Notes under the pieces: model-generated | Database searches by the model: none | Seen by the model: the letters and a program-made list of their open reading frames with translations, nothing else | Told to the model about the DNA's origin: nothing | Made by a program: the position numbers and the translations under genes | Part shown: in pieces, positions 46,896 to 57,043 of the stretch | How positions within the stretch are numbered: position 1 is the stretch's first letter | How the letters are laid out: each line of letters opens with the position of its first letter | NCBI GenBank assembly: GCA_964390805.1 | Contig: CAYMKL010000019.1 | Coordinates: 9,352-73,351, forward strand | Direction of reading: 5' to 3' | DNA length: 64,000 nt | Origin: an uncultured Anaerolineae bacterium | GTDB lineage: Bacteria; Chloroflexota; Anaerolineae; VGOG01

Positions 46896-49800
46896 TTATT
46901 CCTCCTCCTGCTGTTGTTGAGCGGGGAGGCGGAGTAAGAAGATAGTTCTTTCTTCATTGCTCTCCAGGACAGAGACTTCACCGCCATGTTCCCGCATAGT
47001 GGTACGTGCACCCCACAGACCCAGTCCGTAGCTCTGTTCCTCTTGTGCTACTTCTTGACGAGCGGAGAATAGGTTAAAGATCTCCTCCCAGTGTTCGTGT
47101 GGAATTGGGGGGCCATGATTCATAAAGGCCAATTCGACAAAGCCATCCCCTGCAAGCTGGCCATCAACTCTTATCTCGTCTAGGTCGATTCCTTCCTCAC
47201 TCATACGTCTTCGAGTAAACTTGACAGCGTTGCTCAGCAACTCTACGATGTAGGTGATGATCTTTTGCACTTGAACGTTGACAGCCGGCAAGTCTGGAGC
47301 GAGATTAGCCTGAATGTCCATATCTGGCTGTTTGCCCAAAGCAGCTAGCGCTTCGTTCAACACCAGATTTATGCTAACTTTGGCTTTGGGTTCAGGCCGG
47401 AAAGGTTTGAACAAATCCTCGGCCGCCTTGTTGATGCCTTCACTATTGAGAAGGATATTGTCGAGATCCTCCTGCTGCTGTGGCGTCAAGTCCTGCAATT
47501 GCTGGATAAGCCGGAGGGCACAGGAACGGATGATACCTGACAGGTTCTTTGAGTGGTGAGCCATCTCTGCCGTAACTAGGCCAACGGCGGCATTCACCTC
47601 AGCAGCCAATGCCTTTTCCTGAGCTTCTCTTAGTTGCCGTGTCCGCTTCTCAACCCGTTGTTCCATTTCAGTGTACAGTCTGGCATTCTCAATCGCAACC
47701 GCTGCCTGGTTCGCCAGTAGATGAATCGTTTCTCGGTCCGATTTGGAAAAACCGCGAGATTCGAAGAAGTTCACATACAGAAGTCCAACAGTCCTCCCTC
47801 CAAATATCAAAGGAACTCCAGCAAATGACTTAACTCGCTTGTTCCTAATGAAAGTAGGTTTGACGCGCGGTTCCTTCCCTACATCTTCGGCAAAAACGGC
47901 TTCCTGTGTCCTTGCTATGTGAGCGCTAAAGCCAGTATGGCCCGGAATTGATGGGGCAACCTCAACTTTGCCTCTTCGTATCCCGCTCTCAAATTTATCT
48001 TGTTCAGGATCGTATAGGAATAGGGTGGAGAAGTCTGCGGATGTGGTCATATTGGCATTTTCGACAACTGAACCAAGTACCTCCCCTAATTCGAGCTGTG
48101 AAGTGATCTTCACACCTATCTCCTGAAGACCAGCTAGTTGCCGCGCCCTCCTGGTCTCTCGATCCAGTAGTCGTGCATTCTCAATCGCCACCGCCGCCTG
48201 GCTGGCCATCGTCTCGAGAACTCGTAAGTCATTCTCATCATAGGCATCTTCTTTCTCATAACTCTGAATGCTGATTAGCCCTATGACTTTTTCTGCTTGT
48301 TTCTCTCGATCCCAGACCCTCAGCGGAGTACCAATCCAAGACTTGGTAGCGATTGCCTCGGACAACTGAATACCACGTTCCTTTGCCCACTTCCACACAT
48401 TACCTCTCGAAATCTCGGCTTCTCCTTTATCTATCACATATTCAGTCAATCCATACCTGTACTCTCCTCGTCTACGTGGACGGAAATCTTTGTGATCAGC
48501 TTCAACCTTTTTGCCGGCATCATAAGCAAGCGGAAAACTCACCCCATCTTTATCCTCATCGTAAAAAGCGATTTGGATGTTTCGGACATCCATGAGCTTT
48601 CCAGCCTGGGTGTGGATTTCTTCCAATATCTCATCAATGCCCAGACTACTCACTGTCCGGCCGATCTCGGTCAAGACCTCAAGTTCCCTAATCCTACGTT
48701 CAAGATTCTGATAGAGCCTGGCGTTCTCGATGGCGATGGCTGCCTGATCCGCAAAAAGCTCCAAGAGCAGCTTGTCATTATCAGAGAAATGATGAGGAAC
48801 GGTCAGGTTTACATACAATACGCCCACAACGTCTCCCCCACTAATAAGCGGCAGATAGGCAACCGATTTCATACCCAGGGCCGAGATGTCTTCACGGACT
48901 GCGGGGCCTCCATCAGAGGGTGTGGCCACGTCATTTCCTTCTAGATAGCGAGGGAGCTTGGTCCGAACTACATAGCAACTTGTGCCGTCGGGACGCGGAA
49001 GACGATCTATCCATTCTTCCATCACCCCGGTAGCTATCTGAGGTCTAAACTGATCTGTCGTCGAATCGTACAGCCTGATCGCGCAAGAGGCCTTGTGGAA
49101 GATATCACTGAGGCTCTTTACGATCAGATGCGAGACCCTCTCAAGATTGGATGGTTCAGCAGAGATAGCAGTTGTGACTGTCTGAAGCTGTTCGAGCTGT
49201 GTCGCCCTCTCATCCAGCTCTTGGAAAAGCTGGGCGTGCTCAATAGCAACAGCAGCCTGATCTGCAAGTGCGCGCAGTAAGGCAAGTTCTTCCTCAGTGA
49301 ACTGACGTACGATGATATCATTCAAATAAAGTACACCGGCCGCCCTCTCACCTGCCGACTTGAGGGGAGTACCTACAAAAGACCTGACCCCCTTCTCCAC
49401 AACCTCGGGGTTTGCTCTTGTGTCCACGTGGGTGTCTGGCACAACCCTCTGCTCGCCCTTCTCAATGATAAGGCGAGTGTACCCTTGTTCAGAAATACGT
49501 GGCGCGGGATGCCTGAATTCCTCAGGATATGCATAACTACCAACAATCCTCTCCCCCGAACTGTCAATGACATGCACTACTCCCGACTTTGTCTTTGTCA
49601 GACGCATAGCACCCTCAACAAGTGAGGGCAGAATCTTATCGAGTTTCAAGGCCGCGCTGATCTGGGCACTAATCTGTTGCAGGAGGCTCACCTCATCCGC
49701 ACGATCTCTCAACCCCTGAACTAGTCGTGCATTGTTGATGGCAATAGCTCCCTGGTTGGCAAGAACCTCGATCCTCTCCCGCAGTTCGAGGTCGGTGTCA

Positions 49801-51809
49801 AAGTCGCACCTCTGCCGATAGCCCACGAACATAACCCCTAGAACTTCCTCGCCGACCTTCATGGAAACTGCTGCTGAAGAAATGACCCTCTCCCGTACAA
49901 CGAAGCGTTCTTGGGGCAGCTCCTCGCGAGGGAAATCCCAATCACCAGCCAACACCGCGTGCTTTTGCGCATCAGAAGCGTATACCTTCCCCCCAGTATG
50001 CGCAATCTGGAAGACGACATCGTCCGGGAAGACTTGCGTGGGTATGAGATGAGGAAATCTTCGGTCGCCCACCATAATGGGCGGAAGGGCAAAATCCTCT
50101 CTATCGGCCTGATATTGATACAAATCAACGACGTCAGCCCCCAGTACCTGAATAGCTGTATTGGCGATTTGCTCGAGTGTTTCCTGAAGCACCTCAGGCG
50201 ATTCTTGCAGAGTAGCCAACGATTGCCCCACCTTGTTCAGCCGTTGGATCGTCTGGAGCCGTTCGGAATTCTGTATGGCCACACCAGCCTGGCTGGCAAA
50301 GGTGCCGAGGAGATCAATCTCCCAGGGAGTAAATTCTTCCCTCTTGGTCATACTGTAAACACTCAAGGTTCCCACAGCGCGTTCTGGCCCAGCCAACAAG
50401 GGAACAGCCAACATGGACTGCCATCCCTCCCTCGTCGCCTCCTCCTTTTTCTGAAAACCAGGATTTGCCTGGATATCCAGAACCTGAATAATCCTCCGCT
50501 CGCGAATAGCCTTGCCGGTTACGCTGTGGCCCAGATCTAACCTGGCCTCCTGAGCGTACTCGATACTTATCCCCCGGGAAGCGATGATTCTTGCCTGATC
50601 CCCCGGCTCGTCCACCCGCCACATCGACACTGGGCAACGAGTGAGCCGATGCACAGCATCCACAATATACTGATAGAGGTCCACGGCACCGCCAAGGGTC
50701 TTCTCGCCAATCTTCTTCAAACTTTCCAGTAACTCAGCCCGTTCGATGGCCACTGCCACCTGGTCTGCCAGGGCTATCAACAATTCCACGTCGGCCGCAG
50801 AAAAACAGTTAGGCTCTAGACTGTCTACGTTGATCACACCCAGAGCTGTGCCGTGCGACATGATCGGCACCGATACCAACGAGCGAATGGGAACACCACC
50901 GGCGATAATATCAACGAAATGTGTATCCGTCTTTGTGTCCCGACAAACGTAGGGTTCGCGATTCCGCGCCACCCAACCCGCAATCCCTTCGTCCGGTGCG
51001 CCAGGCGTGAAGGTACGCTCCGCCTTATCCACTGGTACGAGCCCGCCGACACGGGCACGGAAGTGCAATCTGCCATCCTCTTCCATTAGCATCAGAGACC
51101 CATCTCTGGCTCCGACCAAATCTACTGCTCGTTGGAGAATCCTGTCCAGCACCTCTTGTAAGTCAACAGCAGCATCCACATCCTTCTGGATATGTTGAAG
51201 CAATTCGGAATACCCCAGCGCTCTCTCCGCCGTCTGGTATTTCCTGATGCTTTCCACCAAGTAGCGGAAGATAGCTGTAAGCACAAGCAGAACAGCCAGA
51301 TTGGTAAACAGCGAAACAGGGTTGATCAAAGCGAGCCCAGCAGCCTCTGACAGCGATGCGAGAAAGTATAAAACAACGACTTCGCCGTAGATCCCCCACA
51401 TCATGCCCCGAGGGAAGTAGAGGGCCGAGGCAAACAGCGGCCACAGGTAGATGAACCAGAAATAGCTCTCTGCACCACCAGTCATCCAAAGCAAGGCACT
51501 TCCAAGAAACACCACGATCTGAATCCGCACCATTCGAAACTGCGATGTTCCATACAACTCTCTCTTGGTCCGCGAGAATACTTCCCGCACAACAAGGTAT
51601 ACCAGGCAGGACAATAGCCACCCAAGAACCCAGGGGCCTCTCGCTCTCACCTCTGACGAGACGAGATAAGCCGCGTAGACAAATAGCAACAGGAACCACC
51701 CTATGTAGGTCACCGAAAAGTGAACCAGCCTCCACTCTCTCCCCTCTTCTGCCGTACTGAGGGACTTTAGGAACACTTTCGGGCCGGTATTGAAACGATC
51801 ACTTGTCAT
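46896..51809 (-). CDS. Membrane-anchored multi-GAF sensor histidine kinase (1637 aa; about 6 N-terminal TM helices, about 8 GAF domains, HisKA + HATPase_c)
   Basis: Repeated GAF signatures (e.g. LANQAAVAIENARLY recurring 7-8 times); C-terminal H-box AEMAHHSKNLSGI and ATPase boxes LSNAVKFT, GLGLWGARTTMREHGG. Confidence 0.85.
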   Translation of the reverse strand: MTSDRFNTGPKVFLKSLSTAEEGREWRLVHFSVTYIGWFLLLFVYAAYLVSSEVRARGPWVLGWLLSCLVYLVVREVFSRTKRELYGTSQFRMVRIQIVVFLGSALLWMTGGAESYFWFIYLWPLFASALYFPRGMMWGIYGEVVVLYFLASLSEAAGLALINPVSLFTNLAVLLVLTAIFRYLVESIRKYQTAERALGYSELLQHIQKDVDAAVDLQEVLDRILQRAVDLVGARDGSLMLMEEDGRLHFRARVGGLVPVDKAERTFTPGAPDEGIAGWVARNREPYVCRDTKTDTHFVDIIAGGVPIRSLVSVPIMSHGTALGVINVDSLEPNCFSAADVELLIALADQVAVAIERAELLESLKKIGEKTLGGAVDLYQYIVDAVHRLTRCPVSMWRVDEPGDQARIIASRGISIEYAQEARLDLGHSVTGKAIRERRIIQVLDIQANPGFQKKEEATREGWQSMLAVPLLAGPERAVGTLSVYSMTKREEFTPWEIDLLGTFASQAGVAIQNSERLQTIQRLNKVGQSLATLQESPEVLQETLEQIANTAIQVLGADVVDLYQYQADREDFALPPIMVGDRRFPHLIPTQVFPDDVVFQIAHTGGKVYASDAQKHAVLAGDWDFPREELPQERFVVRERVISSAAVSMKVGEEVLGVMFVGYRQRCDFDTDLELRERIEVLANQGAIAINNARLVQGLRDRADEVSLLQQISAQISAALKLDKILPSLVEGAMRLTKTKSGVVHVIDSSGERIVGSYAYPEEFRHPAPRISEQGYTRLIIEKGEQRVVPDTHVDTRANPEVVEKGVRSFVGTPLKSAGERAAGVLYLNDIIVRQFTEEELALLRALADQAAVAIEHAQLFQELDERATQLEQLQTVTTAISAEPSNLERVSHLIVKSLSDIFHKASCAIRLYDSTTDQFRPQIATGVMEEWIDRLPRPDGTSCYVVRTKLPRYLEGNDVATPSDGGPAVREDISALGMKSVAYLPLISGGDVVGVLYVNLTVPHHFSDNDKLLLELFADQAAIAIENARLYQNLERRIRELEVLTEIGRTVSSLGIDEILEEIHTQAGKLMDVRNIQIAFYDEDKDGVSFPLAYDAGKKVEADHKDFRPRRRGEYRYGLTEYVIDKGEAEISRGNVWKWAKERGIQLSEAIATKSWIGTPLRVWDREKQAEKVIGLISIQSYEKEDAYDENDLRVLETMASQAAVAIENARLLDRETRRARQLAGLQEIGVKITSQLELGEVLGSVVENANMTTSADFSTLFLYDPEQDKFESGIRRGKVEVAPSIPGHTGFSAHIARTQEAVFAEDVGKEPRVKPTFIRNKRVKSFAGVPLIFGGRTVGLLYVNFFESRGFSKSDRETIHLLANQAAVAIENARLYTEMEQRVEKRTRQLREAQEKALAAEVNAAVGLVTAEMAHHSKNLSGIIRSCALRLIQQLQDLTPQQQEDLDNILLNSEGINKAAEDLFKPFRPEPKAKVSINLVLNEALAALGKQPDMDIQANLAPDLPAVNVQVQKIITYIVELLSNAVKFTRRRMSEEGIDLDEIRVDGQLAGDGFVELAFMNHGPPIPHEHWEEIFNLFSARQEVAQEEQSYGLGLWGARTTMREHGGEVSVLESNEERTIFLLRLPAQQQQEEE

Positions 51810-51980
51810 TGCTGCACCCTCCGCGTTGACTTACATATCTACCAGTGCTGTGCCATGTCTCATGCATTCAACTATCCCTCTCCACAAGCAACATGCCGCA
51901 CTGCATATTCTCCCCTTCATCACCTAAGAGAGGGAGAGTCTGACCACCCCGAAGCCGAGTTCAAGCAACAGCTTTCCTCA

Positions 51981-52844
51981 CTACTCCTTCTTCCTCACCA
52001 ACGGCAACGTCGCACACCGAAACGCCCCACCCCGTTTCGTCGTCTCGCTATACCCCAACTCGAAAACCTGGATGCCACGGTCACGCAGCAAGGCATTGAC
52101 CCGGCTATTGCGCCTATCGGAAACGACCTTCTCTGGGGAGAGAGCAAGGACGTTGGTGCAAAGGATTCCCTGCTCTTCTTCAGTGATCTCAACAACGGAA
52201 TACCGTTCCCTGAGCAAAGTCAAAGGCGGATCAACGAAGGCGGGGGGGTAAATCACAGCGATATCAGGCGGAGCGAGGTTGAAGACAGCATCAAGGTGCA
52301 CGAAAGGCTCACGCAGACGCATGGAGACGATCTGCCGCGATGGATTGAAGTTCTGGCGGATGAACTCAACTCCCAGTGTGTCCGTCCTCTGGCTCACGCC
52401 TGCGAAAATGACGTCATTATCGAGGATGACGTCGCCCCCCTCCAGGAACCCACCTTCGAAACCTTTCTTTGCCACCACGATGCGGCTATTCAATCGAGCC
52501 AGAATTTGCTCAATCCCTGCGGCCTCGTTCTTGCGAATCTCCTTCTTCAAGTTAGCCAGCACGAAAGTGTCGCCTATAACGACGCCGATATCTCGACACG
52601 CCGATTGAAATGGACAATCTGGCAAAGTGTGCGCCCAGTGGATACGCACATCGTTCTGCTCCAACACCTGCACCAATTTCTGCTCTTCCTGCAGTTGCAA
52701 ATCCAAGCGAGGGGGATCCTGGGCGTAGGTGGTTTCCTGGGTAGTGTTTATAGGCTCGGCCAGGCGGAAGTTGCTTACCGAGGCCATGATGACGTCTGTG
52801 AGGACATCTGTTTCAGATGTGGCATGGATGTGGATACTGGGCAT
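51981..52844 (-). CDS. Amidinotransferase-superfamily enzyme (dimethylarginine dimethylaminohydrolase/arginine deiminase-like)
   Basis: C-terminal GGAFRCATLPL with catalytic Cys typical of the DDAH/ADI superfamily; GAGGAAA RBS before ATG 52844 (ORF track begins at TTG 52856). The overlapping plus-strand 350-aa ORF is judged spurious. Confidence 0.65.
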   Translation of the reverse strand: MPSIHIHATSETDVLTDVIMASVSNFRLAEPINTTQETTYAQDPPRLDLQLQEEQKLVQVLEQNDVRIHWAHTLPDCPFQSACRDIGVVIGDTFVLANLKKEIRKNEAAGIEQILARLNSRIVVAKKGFEGGFLEGGDVILDNDVIFAGVSQRTDTLGVEFIRQNFNPSRQIVSMRLREPFVHLDAVFNLAPPDIAVIYPPAFVDPPLTLLRERYSVVEITEEEQGILCTNVLALSPEKVVSDRRNSRVNALLRDRGIQVFELGYSETTKRGGAFRCATLPLVRKKE

Positions 52845-53360
52845 CGTTTTCCTCAACGTCGTTGCAGTTCAGCCTCGAAAAACAAAAGTGCCCGAAGGAC
52901 AGCATGACACCTTCGCGCACTCTTTTCTGGTTCAACCGTATTTCGCCGTAGTTCCCCAGAGCCACCGGTGTGTCGTTCATTCGCGTGATATTTTGGGATC
53001 CCAAGACGACACGTTGCCTTTTTAGGAAACAGCCTATACACAAGGGAGATAACTATGGAAGAGCACGTTATCGCCCTGTGCGGCCAGTCCGTCTCGGAAT
53101 AGGTCCGCCTTGCAGCATATCGGTGGGCTTTGACAGAGATGGTCATTGAAAGCCGCTCCGTAGCCTGGAAGAGAACACTGTCCCACAGAGAGAATCAGAA
53201 CATGCGTTCTGCTTATGTTGACATACCCCCTCACAATTATACACAAAACTCCCATATATGCAAATCGAATCAGTGGCTTTCTCCCCCTTTGTAAGGCGTG
53301 AGGCTGAGCCGTGACAAATCAAGCGCGTTCTAAACCCTCTTGAGTTAGAGAATCGCCAAT

Positions 53361-53540
53361 GGATTAAGGGTTTCCTTTATTATACCCCCTACAGATTAAG
53401 GATTTTCGGAAGCTCGACTAAGGATTTCCCTTATTGTATCGCGTTCAGATTAAGGATTTTCGGAAGTCCAGACTAAGGATTTCCCTTAATGTTTCTCACT
53501 CAGATTAAGGATATTCGTAACCCAAATTCAGGATTTTGCC
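53361..53540 (+). repeat. AT-rich array of direct repeats (motif GAYTAAGGATTT about 7 times; 54-55-bp super-unit about 3 times) upstream of a promoter
   Basis: gattaaggattttcggaag(c/t)c..gactaaggatttccctta repeated; spacing alternates about 22-23 and 32 bp; local GC far below the window average. Confidence 0.75.
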
Positions 53541-53542
53541 CA

Positions 53543-53570
53543 TTGAATATTCGCAATATTATGTTATAAT
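53543..53570 (+). promoter_or_regulatory. Sigma70 promoter with extended -10 (TTGAAT - 16 nt - TGtTATAAT)
   Basis: Read directly; lies about 70 nt upstream of the lipoprotein ATG 53640. Confidence 0.5.
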
Positions 53571-53639
53571 ATAGTAATGGGAGACACAGTGCTTGATCCA
53601 TCTTTGCCTGATGAGTCATCCGGAAGGACAAGTGGACCA

Positions 53640-54386
53640 ATGACAAAGATTGTCTCTTTGCTTCTGTCTTGCTTCCTTTCGCTGGCCGTCATTGCTTGCA
53701 ATAGGTCAACACCGACGCCCCCAGCACAATCGCCGAAATCTGACGTTGAGTCCATCAGGGAGTACGCTTGTGAGTTAGTCAACTACATCAAGGAATTCCA
53801 GTCTGATGTAGACCAAGTTGCAGCGACAGATAGTAGGAGTGAAGCGGCAGATACCTGTCGGGACATCGAACTAGACTATTGCAGGCTGAAGGAGGAGCAA
53901 TTCCCCTCTGAACTCAAACCCGCTCAGGAATACGCGGTAGGGGAGATCAACCAGTACCTTCATGATGATGACGGGGCTTGGATCTGGGCGGCTATCGAAG
54001 AGAAGGACGACGAATTCAGGAAGCAGCTCAAGAAGGGTATCGCCGACGATGTGTGGAAAATCAGAGACAAGGCTGAGGAGTTGGTCGAGTTCATTGACAG
54101 GCTTTATGAATTCGTTACCGCCTTTGAAGAAATGTCTCAATGGGACGCGGAGTTGGTTAGTGATGAGGAGTGTGACTATCACGAATTCCAAGATATGTCC
54201 TGTCCATCCCGACTTCAGGGGGCAAAGGACTACGTGCTAGGAGGAGCACGTGAGTATTTGGATAAGGTTTGGGATTATTGCAGAGCCAGCGAGACAGGGG
54301 ACGAGGTAAGAGCGCGATTCAAGGAGGATGTCTTCGGATGGGATGGAATGCCGTCACCTAAATGTACAGTTACCCCTACTCCTTGA
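53640..54386 (+). CDS. Predicted lipoprotein, hypothetical (acidic, Cys-containing, low-GC gene)
   Basis: MTKIVSLLLSCFLSLAVIACN signal peptide + lipobox; the ORF-track start 53577 falls inside the promoter, so ATG 53640 is preferred. Confidence 0.5.
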   Translation: MTKIVSLLLSCFLSLAVIACNRSTPTPPAQSPKSDVESIREYACELVNYIKEFQSDVDQVAATDSRSEAADTCRDIELDYCRLKEEQFPSELKPAQEYAVGEINQYLHDDDGAWIWAAIEEKDDEFRKQLKKGIADDVWKIRDKAEELVEFIDRLYEFVTAFEEMSQWDAELVSDEECDYHEFQDMSCPSRLQGAKDYVLGGAREYLDKVWDYCRASETGDEVRARFKEDVFGWDGMPSPKCTVTPTP

Positions 54387-54391
54387 ACGAT

Positions 54392-54566
54392 GCGATGGGA
54401 CATCAACGTGCGCATGAGCACCGTCATCGGCTTCATCTCTCCAGCAGTGGATCAACCTGCTGCAGTACCGCCAGGCCGGTGTGGCCGTGCTGGCCATCGC
54501 CATTGTGGTAGCCACTCTGGACTATGTTAGCGCACGGGTGCGGGAGAAGATTGTGTCGGAGACCTG
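54392..54566 (+). pseudogene. Frameshifted 3' remnant of a phnE-like permease gene
   Basis: WDINVRMSTVIGF then a frame shift to ...WINLLQYRQAGVAVLAIAIVVATLDYVSARVREKIVSET*; nucleotide similarity to the 3' end of phnE (38990-39204). Confidence 0.65.
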
Positions 54567-54602
54567 ATTTGCCGAAAATGGGGAGTAGAAGAGAGCGAGC
54601 GC

Positions 54603-54631
54603 TTGACATATGAGCTTTTTGCCAGTATAAT
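54603..54631 (+). promoter_or_regulatory. Perfect-consensus sigma70 promoter (TTGACA - 17 nt - TATAAT) about 285 nt upstream of the SIR2-STAND gene
   Basis: cTTGACAtatgagctttttgccagTATAATag read directly. Confidence 0.55.
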
Positions 54632-54917
54632 AGCTTAGCGCGACAGGAATGATCCATCCATTTACCCAGAAATAGAGAAGCGTGATGAACATTCGCGAAG
54701 ACCCTTTCGAAGCTCCTAAGGTGTACTGCGAAAGTCAGCAGAGTCAACTTGGTTGGCTTTTGTGGCTTTCTAACGGGCACCGCTGTTCGCCTAGTGCAGG
54801 CGATGGCTGGTGCCCGATTGTCTTTGGCGAGTTAGCGAGGGGTTAGGCTCGATTAGATAAGCAAGAGGAACTTCGAGTATCCTGACGACCTTGCTATTGT
54901 CCCAGAGAGGATATATT

Positions 54918-57032
54918 ATGGCTCTCAGAGATGAAGTAAAGCAACTGATAACCGATGAATTGCTGCCCCGGATTCGTGCGGATCGCTGTATTCTCTTTGC
55001 AGGGGCTGGATTGTCCTACGAGGCTGGTTTGCCAGGTGCGAGCGATCTGGCAAAGAGACTATGGCAAGCGTTGCCGGAACAGGAGAGACCAGACCTATAT
55101 ACTCTGAGCGAGGTGGCCGAGATATACCTGAAGCACCACACCAAACAGGAACTCGTGGATTTCGTAAAGGAGACCTTGCAGCCCATTAGAGGGCAGGTTT
55201 TGGATACCACTACCTTTCGCCTGATCGCTCACATCGCACACCTCAATAGAATCATCATTACCACCAATTGGGATACCTTGTTGGAGGAAGCCATTCAAGG
55301 GGTAACGAAAGTACCTCCAGCGGTTGTCGTGAGGGATATTGACATGGGGAAAGTAGCTGGTGCCCAACACATCATCTACAAAATCCACGGCTCCTGGGAT
55401 GCACCTGGAACTTTCGTGCTAACCGAGAGGGACTATCGGCTCAGATACATGGAGCTGTTTGATCCCAAGTCGCTGATTATGGCTCAGGTACGCACTCTTG
55501 TTGCCGGCAGAGTTATCATCTATGTGGGGTATAGTCTGCGGGACGAGTATTTTGACGAACTGCTGCGGCAAATCAGATTTGCTTTAACCGATCCGCGAAC
55601 AGGAGAGTTCTTAGGCCGGACAAGTTACTTAGTCGTGCCTGAAGAGCCCGAAGAGGAAGCGAGAAGGCGCTTACGGGGGCTACGCATCAAGTGGGTCAAT
55701 GCTTCAGCGAGAGACTTCTTCCAGTTCACCTTCACCGAAACCTCCGAATTTGTCAACCGGCAGAAAGAGCTTGGGATAATACGATCACTAAAAGAACCTT
55801 ATACCGAGATATGCGGCGGTGCGGGCATTGGTAAAACGAGGCTCTTACGTGAATTGGCCTATGAGTATAAAAAAGATAACTGGTTCAATGTGTTCTACAT
55901 AGATTTGAGAAAGGGGACTTCCTTTGATCTTATCAAGGAGCAAAGCAAAGTAGGAGATATGAATGAGCTATCTCAAAGGGGTGGTCTGTTCATTGCAATG
56001 GATTCCCTCGATAGAGCAGGGGAATTTGACGATGTGAAAGAATTCATTCTGAGGGTGCACAGGCCGGAGATCTCTACTCAGCGCATCGTCTGGGCAACCA
56101 GATTTAGTATCCTTGATCAATTGTCGCCACCTGTGAAATTCCGCGCTTCTACGTATCCTCTGAGCCCTATGCTTACATCTTACGTGGCGGAGATGGTCAA
56201 AAACCATGTAGAGCTCATCGGAGGTGAGGTATGGACTCAGGCCAGATATGAGAGACTGGCCAATGAGATCATCACACTGACCGGGACCGGGCATCCGGGA
56301 CTGGTCGTGGAGGTGCTTCGCATTCTGGGCAAGGCAACGCCCCCCTTTGAGGTGGCTTATTTACAGGCAAAGCGTCCGGAAATTCTTTACGCCCTCAGGA
56401 GCAACCTTCGAAGAGAGGTTTTTGGAGAGGAGAATCCGGAAATAGAGGAGGAGTTGAAGCCAGTTACCAGGCTGATGGAGAACATTTTCTGTGCGGTGCG
56501 TGGAGTGACCCAAGGTATGATTGCCGGACTGTTCAAGGATGGTAAAGTGGCGACAGTGGATTTCCAAGATGCCGAGGGCATTTTCAAGGCATTATTGAAC
56601 ACTCACTTGTTGGACAGAGGGGCCTATCCGCTTCACAGCATTGATGCAACCGTTCGATACGTCCTGGCTTTATGCCTGCAAGAAGATAATCGCCAGCGAT
56701 TTGAAGAGATAAATGATTGGTGCATTGGCTACTTTTGGGAGGCAGTACAAAGTAGCAGGGAAGATGTGCAGCGCGCCTATGTCCGGGAGTGGCTCTTCCA
56801 TCACATGACGCGACTAGATGCGGAGACGAGCGCACAAGCAAGATTGGACTTGCTGAAGGATGATTTAAGGCAGATTACGCTACGAAGCGCAATGGGAGAG
56901 AGAGCAAAGGAGACGCTCATCAGAGAGACGACTGGTGATGAGGAACTAAAGAGTTTACTAGTGAAGCACCTGGAAGTCGAACTACTCTCGCTATTACTCC
57001 AGGAGCTTACCAAGCTTACGGTACAGGGCTAG
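54918..57032 (+). CDS. SIR2-like (SIR2_2 family) N-terminal domain fused to a STAND/AAA-type P-loop NTPase
   Basis: SIR2_2 motifs CILFAGAGLSYEAGLPGASDL, IIITTNWDTLLEEA, IYKIHGSWDAPGTFVLTERDY, VIIYVGYSLRDEYF; Walker A ICGGAGIGKTRLL, Walker B GLFIAMDSLDRAGE. Confidence 0.8.
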   Translation: MALRDEVKQLITDELLPRIRADRCILFAGAGLSYEAGLPGASDLAKRLWQALPEQERPDLYTLSEVAEIYLKHHTKQELVDFVKETLQPIRGQVLDTTTFRLIAHIAHLNRIIITTNWDTLLEEAIQGVTKVPPAVVVRDIDMGKVAGAQHIIYKIHGSWDAPGTFVLTERDYRLRYMELFDPKSLIMAQVRTLVAGRVIIYVGYSLRDEYFDELLRQIRFALTDPRTGEFLGRTSYLVVPEEPEEEARRRLRGLRIKWVNASARDFFQFTFTETSEFVNRQKELGIIRSLKEPYTEICGGAGIGKTRLLRELAYEYKKDNWFNVFYIDLRKGTSFDLIKEQSKVGDMNELSQRGGLFIAMDSLDRAGEFDDVKEFILRVHRPEISTQRIVWATRFSILDQLSPPVKFRASTYPLSPMLTSYVAEMVKNHVELIGGEVWTQARYERLANEIITLTGTGHPGLVVEVLRILGKATPPFEVAYLQAKRPEILYALRSNLRREVFGEENPEIEEELKPVTRLMENIFCAVRGVTQGMIAGLFKDGKVATVDFQDAEGIFKALLNTHLLDRGAYPLHSIDATVRYVLALCLQEDNRQRFEEINDWCIGYFWEAVQSSREDVQRAYVREWLFHHMTRLDAETSAQARLDLLKDDLRQITLRSAMGERAKETLIRETTGDEELKSLLVKHLEVELLSLLLQELTKLTVQG

Positions 57033-57043
57033 GAGGGAGAACC

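Noticed and set aside
46896-51809. Several plus-strand ORFs (e.g. 48297-48944, 49911-50540) inside the multi-GAF kinase gene
   Set aside because: Antisense ORFs within a long well-supported minus-strand gene; no domains, irregular composition.
51855-52907. 350-aa plus-strand ORF overlapping the amidinotransferase-like gene
   Set aside because: The minus-strand frame gives a coherent DDAH/ADI-superfamily protein with RBS; the plus-strand translation is His/Arg-rich nonsense.
53361-53540. AT-rich direct repeats considered as a CRISPR array
   Set aside because: Repeat units are not separated by unique spacers of constant length and the intervening segments are themselves repeated; no cas genes nearby.
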